IMG/VR virus record: IMGVR_UViG_3300037069_002364
Location: 5,500-69,499 of that record
DNA: 64,000 nt
Source of the DNA: a virus
Reading direction: 5' to 3' (one strand)
The notes beneath the pieces are model-generated. The model searched no databases, was not told the origin of the DNA, and saw only the letters and a program-made list of their open reading frames with translations. Below, in pieces: positions 1 to 8,624 of this stretch (within the stretch, counting starts at the first letter, position 1; each line of letters begins with the position of its first letter). The translations under genes and the position numbers were made by a program.

Positions 1-969
1 TGCGCGCAGTTTGTTGACGCGATTCTTCTCCCCGGTCGCTAGTCGTCCAACCAGCCGGGGGGAAATCCCATCAGCCATGACACCCACACTGCCGACAGGC
101 TCCCGCTCCCAGATGGCGGCGAGGGGCTGCCGTCCGTCCCATCCGAGCCACGGGTGATCGCCGTCTGCAAGTCCATCCCGCCCCGTCCATGCAGGCCCGG
201 ACTGTTCGCGTTTTGCGCTTTCGGCGTCGGGAACATCTGTACATGCCGTCCCAACAGGCTGTTCACCGGCACCGTCCCGTTCACCACTGACACACCCGTA
301 TCCTTGTGATCCCTGCTGGTCGGCGTGGGTATCATGCGCGACGATGAAGACTCTTTCCCTTTTGTGCCACGCGCCGACGCCGCAAGCCGGAAATACAACC
401 GGCCAGACTTCGTAACCTGCGGCTTCCAAGTCAAGGCACACATCATCGAGTGCCATTGCGATGAAGCCACTAACGTTTTCACCACAAATCCAAGTGGGCC
501 GGAGTTCCGCAATAAGTCGAGACATTTCAGGCCAGAGGTGGCGGTCGTCCGCCGTGCCGCGTTGCTGTCCCGCGATAGAAAATGGTTGGCACGGGAATCC
601 TCCGGTGAGGAGATCAACACTTGTACGTGGAGCGGATCGGCAAAGCGCACCTTCCCCGCCGCTACGCGAGCTCGCTGACGCTTCTCCCATGTCTCTGGCT
701 TCACCGTCCCGCGTCCCTCGTACCAACTCGCTGCTGGCGTACTGAACATCTGCGGTGGAGTCGCGGGCGAGGTGGGCGCGAACAATCTCGCCTGTGAGAG
801 TGTGGATGTCGCCATGTATCGGCACGTCCCTCCAGTGCTTCTCCAGCACCTTGCGGCAGTACGGGTCGATCTCGCAGTGCAGGGCCGTGGTGAAGCCCGC
901 CCACTGTGCCGCCAAACTGAAACCGCCAATGCCACTAAAGAGATCGACGTGGATAGGGCGTTTATTCAC
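1..969 (-). CDS. DNA (cytosine-5) methyltransferase, large (alpha) polypeptide; truncated by window edge; not in ORF track
   Basis: Manual translation from GTG at 969 is open to position 1: motif I HVDLFSGIGGFSLA, CEIDPYC, GDI, motif IV LLTGGFPCQPFSIAG, motif VI GENVSG, motif VIII HKRERVFIVAH, and motif X start RVNKLRA at the edge. Confidence 0.9.
   Translation of the reverse strand, partial: MNKRPIHVDLFSGIGGFSLAAQWAGFTTALHCEIDPYCRKVLEKHWRDVPIHGDIHTLTGEIVRAHLARDSTADVQYASSELVRGTRDGEARDMGEASASSRSGGEGALCRSAPRTSVDLLTGGFPCQPFSIAGQQRGTADDRHLWPEMSRLIAELRPTWICGENVSGFIAMALDDVCLDLEAAGYEVWPVVFPACGVGAWHKRERVFIVAHDTHADQQGSQGYGCVSGERDGAGEQPVGTACTDVPDAESAKREQSGPAWTGRDGLADGDHPWLGWDGRQPLAAIWEREPVGSVGVMADGISPRLVGRLATGEKNRVNKLRA
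39..815 (-). CDS. Nested alternative-frame ORF, probable beta polypeptide of the C5 methyltransferase carrying motif IX
   Basis: ATG at 815 (MATSTLSQARLF), three (F/I)(P/S)TP repeat units, and C-terminal WVSWLMGFPPGWLD resembling motif IX. Lies wholly inside the alpha gene in another frame. Confidence 0.65.
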   Translation of the reverse strand: MATSTLSQARLFAPTSPATPPQMFSTPAASWYEGRGTVKPETWEKRQRARVAAGKVRFADPLHVQVLISSPEDSRANHFLSRDSNAARRTTATSGLKCLDLLRNSGPLGFVVKTLVASSQWHSMMCALTWKPQVTKSGRLYFRLAASARGTKGKESSSSRMIPTPTSRDHKDTGVSVVNGTVPVNSLLGRHVQMFPTPKAQNANSPGLHGRGGMDLQTAITRGSDGTDGSPSPPSGSGSLSAVWVSWLMGFPPGWLDD

Positions 970-1169
970 GGCGCAACCGCGAAGCCGTGGTCGTCCAGCG
1001 TCAGTTCTTCGTCGGCGGTGACGGTGATCTGTACAAAGCGCGCACCCTTCACAACACGAAAGACGCGCCGCTCTTCGTGGACAACCAGATGATCGGGGAA
1101 CATGTCAGGCAGCATGTAATCGAGCGCATTCTCGACGTACTCAACTGCCTTCGTCGTGTCGTATGGCAT
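966..1169 (-). CDS. Hypothetical protein
   Basis: MPYDTTKAVEYVEN..., RBS upstream, stop overlaps the GTG of the methyltransferase. Confidence 0.6.
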   Translation of the reverse strand: MPYDTTKAVEYVENALDYMLPDMFPDHLVVHEERRVFRVVKGARFVQITVTADEELTLDDHGFAVAP

Positions 1170-1209
1170 CTCTCGTTTCTCCCACCTACACGTCATTGCC
1201 CATCCCCTC

Positions 1210-2052
1210 TCAATACACGGCCTTGCCTTGTGCCGGAATATCCGGGCTGAGTGGACGCTTCGGCTTCTCCGGGTCTTTGTTCATCGGGGGCGCTTCCCAC
1301 ATGTGCGCCGCGATGTACTTCGCCATCCCCGGCACGAAGCGCCCACCGTCCCGCATCCACTCCGAGGACTCCTTGTGTGCGTTCAGGGCGCGGAGCGTCG
1401 TTACCATGTCGGGGAGGTCGCCACTGCGAAAGGCTGCTGCCCACTCGCGCTTCGCCTCGTTGATATTCGTACGCCGTGCTGCCGGGTACGCCCGCTGGAA
1501 CGCCTCGAAGTCACGCACCACCGCTTTGGGGATCGCCGCGCTCTGTGTCTGCGTCTGGTCTGTCTCTGTGTCTGGTCTGTTCTGTATCTGGTCGGTTTCA
1601 GAAACGTTACTGAAACGTTTCATCGCCGTTTCGGAAACAATGGTCGGTAACGTTTCCGAAACAATGGGCCGTGGTGTTTCGGTAACAGTGAGGGGTGCTG
1701 TTTCGGAAACGTCCTCCACCGTTTCACCCCGCTTGGCGGCACGGTGTTTCTGCACCCGATTGGTGGAGGTCTGGTACTGGTGGGCGTCCCACTCGTGGGG
1801 GGAGAGTACGCCGTCCTCGTCGTCAAGGAGGCCACAGGCGGTGAGGGCGGTGAGGGAGGCGGTCACAGCGGACACGTCCTCGCGCAGTGTCCAGGCAAGG
1901 TCAGCAGCGGGGGGCAGGACGCCCCCCGGCTGATTCTCCATCGAGGCGATGCAGAGCAGGTTCACCCAGAACTTGAAAAGGTCGCCACTGAGCGCCTGCA
2001 CCTTGCGGTTATTGATTGTGGCGTTATGAAAGCGGAACCAAGTCATCGCCAT
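1210..2052 (-). CDS. Phage replication initiator protein
   Basis: N-terminal WFRFHNATINNRKVQALSGDLFKFWVNLLCIAS initiator-type domain, central VSET repeats (iterons), C-terminal FEAFQRAYP...GRFVPGMAKYIAAHMWE domain. Confidence 0.85.
   Translation of the reverse strand: MAMTWFRFHNATINNRKVQALSGDLFKFWVNLLCIASMENQPGGVLPPAADLAWTLREDVSAVTASLTALTACGLLDDEDGVLSPHEWDAHQYQTSTNRVQKHRAAKRGETVEDVSETAPLTVTETPRPIVSETLPTIVSETAMKRFSNVSETDQIQNRPDTETDQTQTQSAAIPKAVVRDFEAFQRAYPAARRTNINEAKREWAAAFRSGDLPDMVTTLRALNAHKESSEWMRDGGRFVPGMAKYIAAHMWEAPPMNKDPEKPKRPLSPDIPAQGKAVY
1545..1730. repeat. Iteron array / probable replication origin inside the initiator gene
   Basis: Repeated GTTTC(G/A)GAAAC, GAAACGTT(T/A)C and GTAAC units next to a strand-biased TCTG(T/G) tract. 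Confidence 0.75.
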
Positions 2053-2065
2053 GCCTCACCCCCGG

Positions 2066-2971
2066 CTAAAATGGTACGGCTTCGTCGTTGATGTGGACGC
2101 CGCCGTTCATGCCCGTGATCACTGCCGCCGCCTCATCGGGCACGTCACACTGCGAAATGAAATGGATGGCGTAATTGAGAATGTCCTTCGGCAGCGTGCC
2201 GGGGCCGTACTGCGGCTTCTCCGGGTTGACGGGGCCGGTGGGAATGATCTTCTCCTGCGTGTTGAAGGTCTGCGCGACCCACCCCTCCAACTCGCGCACG
2301 CACTGACCGACGTTGCCGCCCGTGAAGCCGTTGGCGGTCAGGTACTCGTTGACTTCCGCCATGCGCGTGCTGTTCCCGTTCGGGGCATGCTCCCCGTAGG
2401 GACTGGCCTGTGGGGGCGCGGTGCGTATCGGTGTCGGCGCTGCCTGTGGTGGACGCGGGCCGTTCGGGGCGTGACTGTCGGGGCGGGCCGCGCCAGTGGC
2501 GGGGGCGGGCGCGCTCGGTGCGGGCCGTGGGGTGGGGGCGGATGCAGCAGGCGGGACGTAATCGGGATACACGTCCTCATCGAACTCCGCATCGACCAGT
2601 TGATCCCAAATATATAGGGCGACTCCGAAGCGCATCGCGCACCGCTTGAGCGCGTCACTGTAGGCGTTCTTGATCTCGTTGGTAAAGCCGTCCTGACGCT
2701 GCGGGCCACCCGATTCGACACGGGAGACGCCACCAATCGTCATCTCCAGCGTCACGCCCGCACAGTGGATGACACCCTGCCCATCGAGGTAGGTGTGGGT
2801 GGCGACATTGCGTACCGACCAGTCGGGCGCGAGTTTGTTCAGGCGCTCCGTGACGATTGCGTGCGAGATGTAGGACATCGCGGGCGCGTTGCCGCGTCCC
2901 GGCTTCTTCTTGACCACTTCATCGGGGAACTTGGACGCCAGTTGCGCCAGTGTCGTTGCGTAGTCGGTCAT
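2066..2971 (-). CDS. Rad52/Rad22-family single-strand annealing protein with Pro/Ala-rich linker
   Basis: MSYISHAIVTERLNKLAPDWS...EIKNAYSDALKRCAMRFGVALYIW is the Rad52/Sak signature. Confidence 0.85.
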   Translation of the reverse strand: MTDYATTLAQLASKFPDEVVKKKPGRGNAPAMSYISHAIVTERLNKLAPDWSVRNVATHTYLDGQGVIHCAGVTLEMTIGGVSRVESGGPQRQDGFTNEIKNAYSDALKRCAMRFGVALYIWDQLVDAEFDEDVYPDYVPPAASAPTPRPAPSAPAPATGAARPDSHAPNGPRPPQAAPTPIRTAPPQASPYGEHAPNGNSTRMAEVNEYLTANGFTGGNVGQCVRELEGWVAQTFNTQEKIIPTGPVNPEKPQYGPGTLPKDILNYAIHFISQCDVPDEAAAVITGMNGGVHINDEAVPF

Positions 2972-3226
2972 CTAACCCTCCGTTGCGATATAGACATTCG
3001 TCAGGCGGGAGAGGCGGTTGAGCCGCACCATGCCGCTCGCCTCCACCACTCCCACCGCCAGCAACCGCGCCAGATGCGCCGCTGCTTCCGCATGCTCAAG
3101 GCCGAGTCCAACCTCGACCTCTTCAAGCGTGGCCCCATTACCGCGTTGCGCCGTGATGTGCGCCAGCACCCGACGCGCGTCAGCACTCAGTCGGGTCGGT
3201 ACTCTGCCATCGCCCGGGTCGTTCAT
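2972..3226 (-). CDS. Small winged-helix DNA-binding protein
   Basis: RRVLAHITAQRGNGATLEEVEVGLGLEHAEAAAHLARLLAVGVVEASG wHTH pattern. Confidence 0.6.
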   Translation of the reverse strand: MNDPGDGRVPTRLSADARRVLAHITAQRGNGATLEEVEVGLGLEHAEAAAHLARLLAVGVVEASGMVRLNRLSRLTNVYIATEG

Positions 3227-3262
3227 GCGTTGCTCCCTCTATGTACTTTTAGAAGAACACCA

Positions 3263-3556
3263 TCAGTCCCCGAGCATCTGGAAGGTGCCGCGCTCATTGA
3301 TGTGATCCGGCGCGTGGCGAAGACCCTCCAGGACGTGCACGGGGCGGCCAAAGGGATAGCGCGGCGTCATCGGGCGTGGCTTCTGCGCCAGCCGGTCGGC
3401 GATGGGCTGGATGAAGGCGAGGGAGGCGGCGACGGCATCGAGTTCTTCGGGCGCATCGAGTACGCGCTCATCATCGAGTATGGTCAATACGTCCTTGAGG
3501 ACGGCGATCAGTTCACGGCGGCGCTCGTTGCGGTGTTCGCCAACAGTCATACGCAT
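3263..3556 (-). CDS. Hypothetical protein
   Basis: Fits operon spacing between xis and the wHTH gene. Confidence 0.55.
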   Translation of the reverse strand: MRMTVGEHRNERRRELIAVLKDVLTILDDERVLDAPEELDAVAASLAFIQPIADRLAQKPRPMTPRYPFGRPVHVLEGLRHAPDHINERGTFQMLGD

Positions 3557-3888
3557 GATGCGACCCTCTTTCGTGTCTCGTGTGTGACCAGCCAGTGTTC
3601 CAGTGCCTCGCGGCGAATGAGGCGAATCTTCTCTCCCAGTGACACGCTCGGCAGTTCGCCACTGACGACGAAGCGCATCAGGAAACTGCGACTGACGCCG
3701 ATCAGCGCCGCCGCCTCGGTGACATTGAGGGCGATGCGGTTGTGCAGGGCTTCCGTTGACCGCGCCGCGTCGAGCAGTTCCGCCACCATCGTCTGCATAC
3801 GCCCCTCGGTGTACTCCACGAGTTCATTTGCCAGTCCGTCGAGGGCCGACGCGGGCTTGCCAACCGGGGTGATTCGTGCGATACTCAC
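3547..3888 (-). CDS. xis: Excisionase-like HTH_17 protein
   Basis: LNVTEAAALIGVSRSFLMRFVVSGELPSVSLGEKIRLIRREALEHWL; located next to cro/cI/int. Confidence 0.8.
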   Translation of the reverse strand: MSIARITPVGKPASALDGLANELVEYTEGRMQTMVAELLDAARSTEALHNRIALNVTEAAALIGVSRSFLMRFVVSGELPSVSLGEKIRLIRREALEHWLVTHETRKRVASCV

Positions 3889-3946
3889 GATATTCTCCTT
3901 TCCCTCTCGTTACCTGCGGGGATTACCCCTCCTCGCAGGCTGTCCA

Positions 3947-4213
3947 TCAGTCGGCAACGGCGGACATCACCTCCCTTCCACATGATTGATGATAGGCGGC
4001 GATCCGGTCGCGCGCCCGGGCTTGGAGCCAGGTGTGTAGATCATCGGGACACTGGTAATACGCGGCCAGTCGTTCGAGGAGGCGGAAGGTCGGCAGCATG
4101 ACGCCCCGTTCCGCTTTGGAGATACTGGAGTGGGGAATGTGTGATTCCCGTTCGACCTGATAGATCGAGCGAGAGGCGCGTGCCTCCCGCAGCAGTGCAC
4201 CAATCTCGGTCAC
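3947..4213 (-). CDS. Cro-like XRE HTH regulator
   Basis: IGALLREARASRSIYQVERESHIPHSSISKAERGVMLPTFRLLERLAAYY; divergent from the repressor. Confidence 0.85.
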   Translation of the reverse strand: MTEIGALLREARASRSIYQVERESHIPHSSISKAERGVMLPTFRLLERLAAYYQCPDDLHTWLQARARDRIAAYHQSCGREVMSAVAD

Positions 4214-4263
4214 GTTTTCCCCTTTCCTGTTCCCCCGATGCGTACTTATACAAGTACGTAACC

Positions 4264-4292
4264 ATCGTACAGGATGCCCCGAGGGGCGTCAA
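4264..4292 (-). promoter_or_regulatory. sigma70-type promoter for the cro-xis-rep operon
   Basis: TTGACG-N17-TACGAT on the minus strand; operator box at 4242-4257 just downstream. Confidence 0.7.
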
Positions 4293-4345
4293 GGGGGACG
4301 GGAAGTGGTATGCATACGGTCAACGATATTCGTCCCGCCACCCCC

Positions 4346-4374
4346 TAGTACGTTCCGAAAAAAGAACGTATACT
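4346..4374 (+). promoter_or_regulatory. Probable repressor promoter with an operator in its spacer
   Basis: TAGTAC-N17-TATACT; the spacer contains GTTCCG-AAAA-AAGAAC (4352-4367). Confidence 0.5.
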
Positions 4375-4434
4375 GACGCGTGACAGGAGCGACGCGAAGC
4401 CAGAATGGTTTCGGATGCGGAAGGTGTGACGGTC

Positions 4435-5199
4435 ATGACGAAAGGGATTCACCCACTGGCGCTCGGGACGATCCTCTTGGAGTTGCGCCGCAAGTACGAG
4501 GTTTCCAAGTATGCGATTGCCCACAGCACGGGCGGTATCCGCCCCCTCAATCACGGGCTGATCAGTCGCATCGAGTTGGGCGACTGCATTGCCCCGACGT
4601 ACGAGACCTTGCAGCGGATCATGGACGGCATGGATGCGGCGTCGCAGCGCGGCGCATTGGGGGCAGGAACGCGCAAGATGCTCTTTGAAACGGCCTTCGC
4701 CGACCGTATCACCTATGAGGCAGGGAAGTTTGCCGTCTATTACCTCTACCTGCTCGATGACACCGACGCGCCATTGCACCCGGCGCTCGAACGGCTGCGC
4801 GCCATGATGCTCGAAGAGTTCCCGTACATGGGAGAAGACAACCCCGACGCGCCACGCCCGATTCCCGGCACGGCACAGGGGAAGGGACGCACAGCGATTC
4901 GCGGCGTCCGTCACGAGCACGTCAACCTGCGCACCGCGACGGGATTCGAGGCGGTGCGGGTGATGGCGGAGACGCAGGAGGCCCACCACTTGCGTATGGG
5001 CCTGCTCGTGGATGTCGTGCCGTGGCTCACAATGGACTGGGAGGGGGAGCAACTTCGTTTGGGTCAAGGAGACCTTGTGCGCGCAACCATACGGAAATCC
5101 GGGGGCGACGTGTCAAGGGGGGCAGCGGCACCGAGCGATACGACCGATACCCGCATCGTGCAATTGTTTGCGGACCAAGAAGATGAACAGCCGCAATGA
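4435..5199 (+). CDS. CI-like XRE-family repressor, no recognisable intact S24 peptidase domain
   Basis: LGTILLELRRKYEVSKYAIAHSTGG...LISRIELGDCIAPTYETLQRIMDGM HTH; divergent from cro, upstream of int. Start 4435 preferred over 4405. Confidence 0.8.
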   Translation: MTKGIHPLALGTILLELRRKYEVSKYAIAHSTGGIRPLNHGLISRIELGDCIAPTYETLQRIMDGMDAASQRGALGAGTRKMLFETAFADRITYEAGKFAVYYLYLLDDTDAPLHPALERLRAMMLEEFPYMGEDNPDAPRPIPGTAQGKGRTAIRGVRHEHVNLRTATGFEAVRVMAETQEAHHLRMGLLVDVVPWLTMDWEGEQLRLGQGDLVRATIRKSGGDVSRGAAAPSDTTDTRIVQLFADQEDEQPQ

Positions 5200-5410
5200 C
5201 ACGCTTGGTCGTCTCGGTGTCCAGTTCGTCAAACGCATGTTCTAATCCCACGTCCCCATTTCCCTTCGTGCGAGAAAGCCACCGCAGGCTCTCACCCCAT
5301 CTCGCGTACTCTCGGATACACCACGCAGTATATATGGCGGAACAATTCTTGGCAATACCTTTATTATACAATCGGTGGGATTGTCGCAGGACAGGAGGCG
5401 CAGCAAGGCG

Positions 5411-6556
5411 ATGGGGACGATCAAGCGACATGAGGGGAAGCGGGGTGTCGTCTGGCGGGTACGGGAGGAGTTGCCGCGTGACCCGCTGACCGGAGCGCGC
5501 AAGTGGCAATGGGTGACGGGGCCGACGAAGCGGGCGGTGCAGGAGGAAGTGACGGCGATCCGCCACCGGATTGCCACCGGCACGCAGATCACGGCCAACC
5601 GCCTGACGCTCGGTGACTACCTCATCCAGTGGTTGCGCGCCAACCATGCAGATGTGCGTGGCTCGACATGGGAGCGCAACGAGCGCGATGTGCGCCTCCA
5701 CCTCATCCCGACGCTCGGCGCGCTGAAACTGGCCGATGTCACTCCCCTCCACATTCAGGCGCTCTACGACCGACTGAACACCCGGCTGGCCCCGGCCTCG
5801 GTGCGCCGCGTCCATGCCGTCCTCGCGGCCTCGCTCGATCAGGCGGTGGCGTGGCAGTTGATGCTCCGCAACCCGGCGAAGGGAGTCGTGCTGCCGCGTG
5901 ACGCCCACCGCGAGATGCAGGTCTGGGACGAGCGGGAGGTGGCGACCTTCCTCACGGCGACGCACGCCCATCCCTATGCCGCGCTCTGGCGGCTGGCAGT
6001 GCTCGTTGGCCTGCGCCGTGGCGAACTGCTCGCCCTCCAGTGGGACGATCTCGACACCGCACGCGCCACACTGACGGTGCGCCGCACGCTGACCGTGGAT
6101 GATCAGCGCCGCCTGATCGTCGGCACGCCCAAGACCCGCAAGGGGAGCCGCACGCTCACCCTGCCCGCGTCCTGCGTCACCGCGCTGCACGCCCACCGTC
6201 GCCAGCAGAATAGTGAGCGATTACGCATCGGCAGCGCATGGCAGGACAAGAACCTCGTCTTCCCGGCCAGTGACGGCGACCTCCTCTGGCCCTCGTATCC
6301 GGGCCACTGGCTCGACACCATCGCCAAGCACGCCAAACTCCCGCGTCTGCGCTTCCATGACCTGCGCCACACCGCCGCCACCCTCGCGCTCCTCCAGGGC
6401 ATCTCGCCCCGCGTCGTGCAGGAGCGGCTTGGTCACGCCTCGCTGGAGATGACGCTCGGACTCTACTCGCATGTCACCCTGACGATGCAGACGGATGCTG
6501 CGGCGAAGATGGACGCGATGTTCGCCGATCTACCGGCGCGTTTGACCTCCATGTGA
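5411..6556 (+). CDS. int: Tyrosine recombinase (phage integrase)
   Basis: GLRRGELLAL, KT, RFHDLRHTAAT, RLGH, YSH catalytic motifs; N-terminal arm-binding region. AGGAGG upstream of ATG 5411. Confidence 0.97.
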   Translation: MGTIKRHEGKRGVVWRVREELPRDPLTGARKWQWVTGPTKRAVQEEVTAIRHRIATGTQITANRLTLGDYLIQWLRANHADVRGSTWERNERDVRLHLIPTLGALKLADVTPLHIQALYDRLNTRLAPASVRRVHAVLAASLDQAVAWQLMLRNPAKGVVLPRDAHREMQVWDEREVATFLTATHAHPYAALWRLAVLVGLRRGELLALQWDDLDTARATLTVRRTLTVDDQRRLIVGTPKTRKGSRTLTLPASCVTALHAHRRQQNSERLRIGSAWQDKNLVFPASDGDLLWPSYPGHWLDTIAKHAKLPRLRFHDLRHTAATLALLQGISPRVVQERLGHASLEMTLGLYSHVTLTMQTDAAAKMDAMFADLPARLTSM

Positions 6557-6830
6557 TACCAATGTGAAAAATATGCCTCAATCCGTTTTCCATTTCTTGC
6601 CCCACAAGGGCAAATGGCCCGCTCTTCTGGCAACATGAATGCCACGGGCCGCTGCTTTTACCGCTCACAGCGGTCATTTTCGGCATTGTGAGCGTCATTG
6701 TACTTGTATTAGCACGTAATCGTCGGTGGTGGCGTGTGAGGGACGTGATACGATTTGTGATACGTGATGTGTTGAGCATTCTTTGGCTCTGGAGCCACGA
6801 GGAAAGGAACAATCATCATCGTGAGTAACA
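6553..6830. other. Probable attP region
   Basis: AT-richer non-coding gap after int; direct repeats GTGATAC at 6553, 6745 and 6757; inverted repeats CGCTCACA/TGTGAGCG (6662/6687) and TTGCCC/GGGCAA. Core sequence not identified. Confidence 0.55.
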
Positions 6831-6897
6831 TCGTCCCGGTGCCCGCACTTCCAGCAGCGCGTACCCTGCTCACCTCCGTCCACGCAGCACCGCCCGC

Positions 6898-7353
6898 TCA
6901 TGCGTCGTCCCCGTCGTCTGTCGCGGCGAGGGCGTCCATCCACTCATCGAACGCCGCCATCGGTACTGAGTGGGTGTGCCGCATCGCATCGTGCAGCGCC
7001 GCCCGCAGCACCCGCACGCGCTCCCGTTCGGCAGAGACGTCCCGATAGAGTCGCGCCCGCTCGCGGCGCAAATCTGCAATCTTCGGACTGTAAGAATACC
7101 GCGCGCATCGCTCATCGAGTTCCGCCCAAATTTGCTCGTTGGATGCGCGACGCAGCGGGTTAAGATCGAACATTTCGTCCAATTCCTCATTTGCTGCGCG
7201 TATCTCGGCGTTCTCTGTTTCGAGCACCTTCACCCGCTCCCGTTCGGCGGTGAGCGCGTCGCAGAGGGCGATGATCTGATGGCCCGTCAGTAGGGCATAG
7301 TTATCGCCCCACAGCCTCCCGGATGCCCGAATCGCCTCCACGTCTATCGTCAT
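6898..7353 (-). CDS. Hypothetical coiled-coil protein
   Basis: MTIDVEAIRAS..., internal repeat AERERVKVL/AERERVRVL. Confidence 0.65.
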   Translation of the reverse strand: MTIDVEAIRASGRLWGDNYALLTGHQIIALCDALTAERERVKVLETENAEIRAANEELDEMFDLNPLRRASNEQIWAELDERCARYSYSPKIADLRRERARLYRDVSAERERVRVLRAALHDAMRHTHSVPMAAFDEWMDALAATDDGDDA

Positions 7354-7564
7354 CCCGCATCCCCCTTCGCTCTCGTAACATGGCATTGAGTTCACGGTTC
7401 GCGCAGTTGTCGCCCCTCATAAGCCATTCCTTCGCCCGCTCCGTAATCATGTAAATAGGGCCGTCAGCGGTGTCCAGACGCACGATGCCATTCCGCACAT
7501 AATCGGGCATCTCCTCGATGTCGAGTCCCAATGCCGCGCCTTCATTGTGTTGCTCAATCGTCAT
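7301..7564 (-). CDS. Hypothetical protein
   Basis: MTIEQHNEG... with GGAGG RBS. Confidence 0.55.
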   Translation of the reverse strand: MTIEQHNEGAALGLDIEEMPDYVRNGIVRLDTADGPIYMITERAKEWLMRGDNCANRELNAMLRERRGMRDDDRRGGDSGIREAVGR

Positions 7565-7809
7565 CCCGCACCTCCTTCGCGTTGTACGCCCCCGTACGGC
7601 CCCTCTGTCCGTACATGTGGCAAATGCATCCTGTCCGCCCCGTTCGTCGCTTCTGCGCGATCTGAGCGGCACGCACGGGCCTGATCCGTACGTTCGGGCC
7701 AGAGCGCATTCACCTCATCGGCGGTCTCGAACCACGCGGGCGTCACGGTGCGGCTGCCGAGCAGCGGGCCGGAGCAGACGACGCGGACGATCAGCGGTTC
7801 ATCGGTCAT
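7561..7809 (-). CDS. Hypothetical protein
   Basis: Coupled start/stop overlaps with both neighbours. Confidence 0.55.
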   Translation of the reverse strand: MTDEPLIVRVVCSGPLLGSRTVTPAWFETADEVNALWPERTDQARACRSDRAEATNGADRMHLPHVRTEGPYGGVQREGGAG

Positions 7810-8003
7810 GGTTGCCGCCCTGATTCTGTCGCGTTCGGCGAGGCGAGACGGCGATTGGGATTCTCATTGAGGGCCATACACGTCAGGCACGTCTCAGGAC
7901 ACGGCACATCGCGTGTGCCGCAATCCATCCGCAGTCGCCGTTGATGAAACCGTAAGTGCGCCTCTAACTCCGCCATCCGCAGAGAGACATCAGCCTCGTT
8001 CAT
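7806..8003 (-). CDS. Hypothetical Cys-rich protein
   Basis: DCGTRDVPCPETCLTC; RBS present. Confidence 0.55.
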   Translation of the reverse strand: MNEADVSLRMAELEAHLRFHQRRLRMDCGTRDVPCPETCLTCMALNENPNRRLASPNATESGRQP

Positions 8004-8017
8004 ACCCCGCCCCCTTC

Positions 8018-8227
8018 CTACATGCCCGCCCCATACTTGTTCGGCGCGGTCAGTCGGCGATGCGAGCGATACGTCGGATCGTACCGTTCGCGGTGAAACT
8101 CAATAATCTCGTCCATCATACGGCTCCGTGAGAGTTCGCGGTGTGTGCACTGGCGCACAACGTATTCGGCGTTCTCCGGCTTGAGCGTGTAACTTTTCGG
8201 TGGCTTGTTGCGTGGATGATCGGGCAT
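8018..8227 (-). CDS. Ribbon-helix-helix DNA-binding protein
   Basis: PKSYTLKPENAEYVVRQCTHRELSRSRMMDEII RHH pattern; operator box at 8248-8263 upstream. Confidence 0.6.
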   Translation of the reverse strand: MPDHPRNKPPKSYTLKPENAEYVVRQCTHRELSRSRMMDEIIEFHRERYDPTYRSHRRLTAPNKYGAGM

Positions 8228-8301
8228 GCACTCCCCTTTCCATCAATGTTCTTCTATAAGTACATATCACGAAAGGAGAAATTGCACAAGGGGTACGACC
8301 G

Positions 8302-8556
8302 TTATGGCGTCTTCGTCTCCACCCCGCCCGCGCCATCGAGCGCGGCCCGCAGCCGGTCTATCGCCTCGATGATCTCGCCCGTCTGGTCGGCGTCCCGCAG
8401 CGCGTCCATCGCGGCGGGGTCGAGGTCGAGGGTGGTCAGCAACTCCTCGGCGGCGGCGACAAGGCGGGCGCAGAGATCATCAGTCGCATGTGCGGACGCC
8501 CCTGCCTCGCGCGGGTACATGAAGAGATCATCGTGCGGCTCGTCAGTGTGTGCCAT
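8302..8556 (-). CDS. Hypothetical protein
   Basis: Acidic helical ORF with RBS. Confidence 0.6.
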   Translation of the reverse strand: MAHTDEPHDDLFMYPREAGASAHATDDLCARLVAAAEELLTTLDLDPAAMDALRDADQTGEIIEAIDRLRAALDGAGGVETKTP

Positions 8557-8624
8557 CTACCACCGCCTCCTTCGTCGCATCGCCCGGAACAGATAATGAA
8601 ACGCCACGGCCCGCCAGAGCCACA

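Noticed and set aside
816-935. ORF-track start at 935 for the 298-aa frame
   Set aside because: This part overlaps MTase motif I coding and lacks an RBS; ATG 815 is the more plausible nested start.
4242-4257. Palindrome as a known LexA box
   Set aside because: It does not fit GAAC-N4-GTTC, CTGT-N8-ACAG or GTTC-N7-GTTC; an unknown host regulator remains possible.
6685-6695. lac-operator-like ATTGTGAGCG
   Set aside because: Short chance match that is part of a local inverted repeat; no vector context.
6775-6805. tRNA fragment as att core (GGCTCTGGAGCC hairpin)
   Set aside because: The loop cannot be arranged as a 7-nt anticodon loop on either strand, and there is no T-arm or CCA.
7345-7575. 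Repeat ATCGTCATCCCGCA at two adjacent gene starts
   Set aside because: Explained by shared RBS plus MTI start; too short to support a cassette-exchange mechanism.
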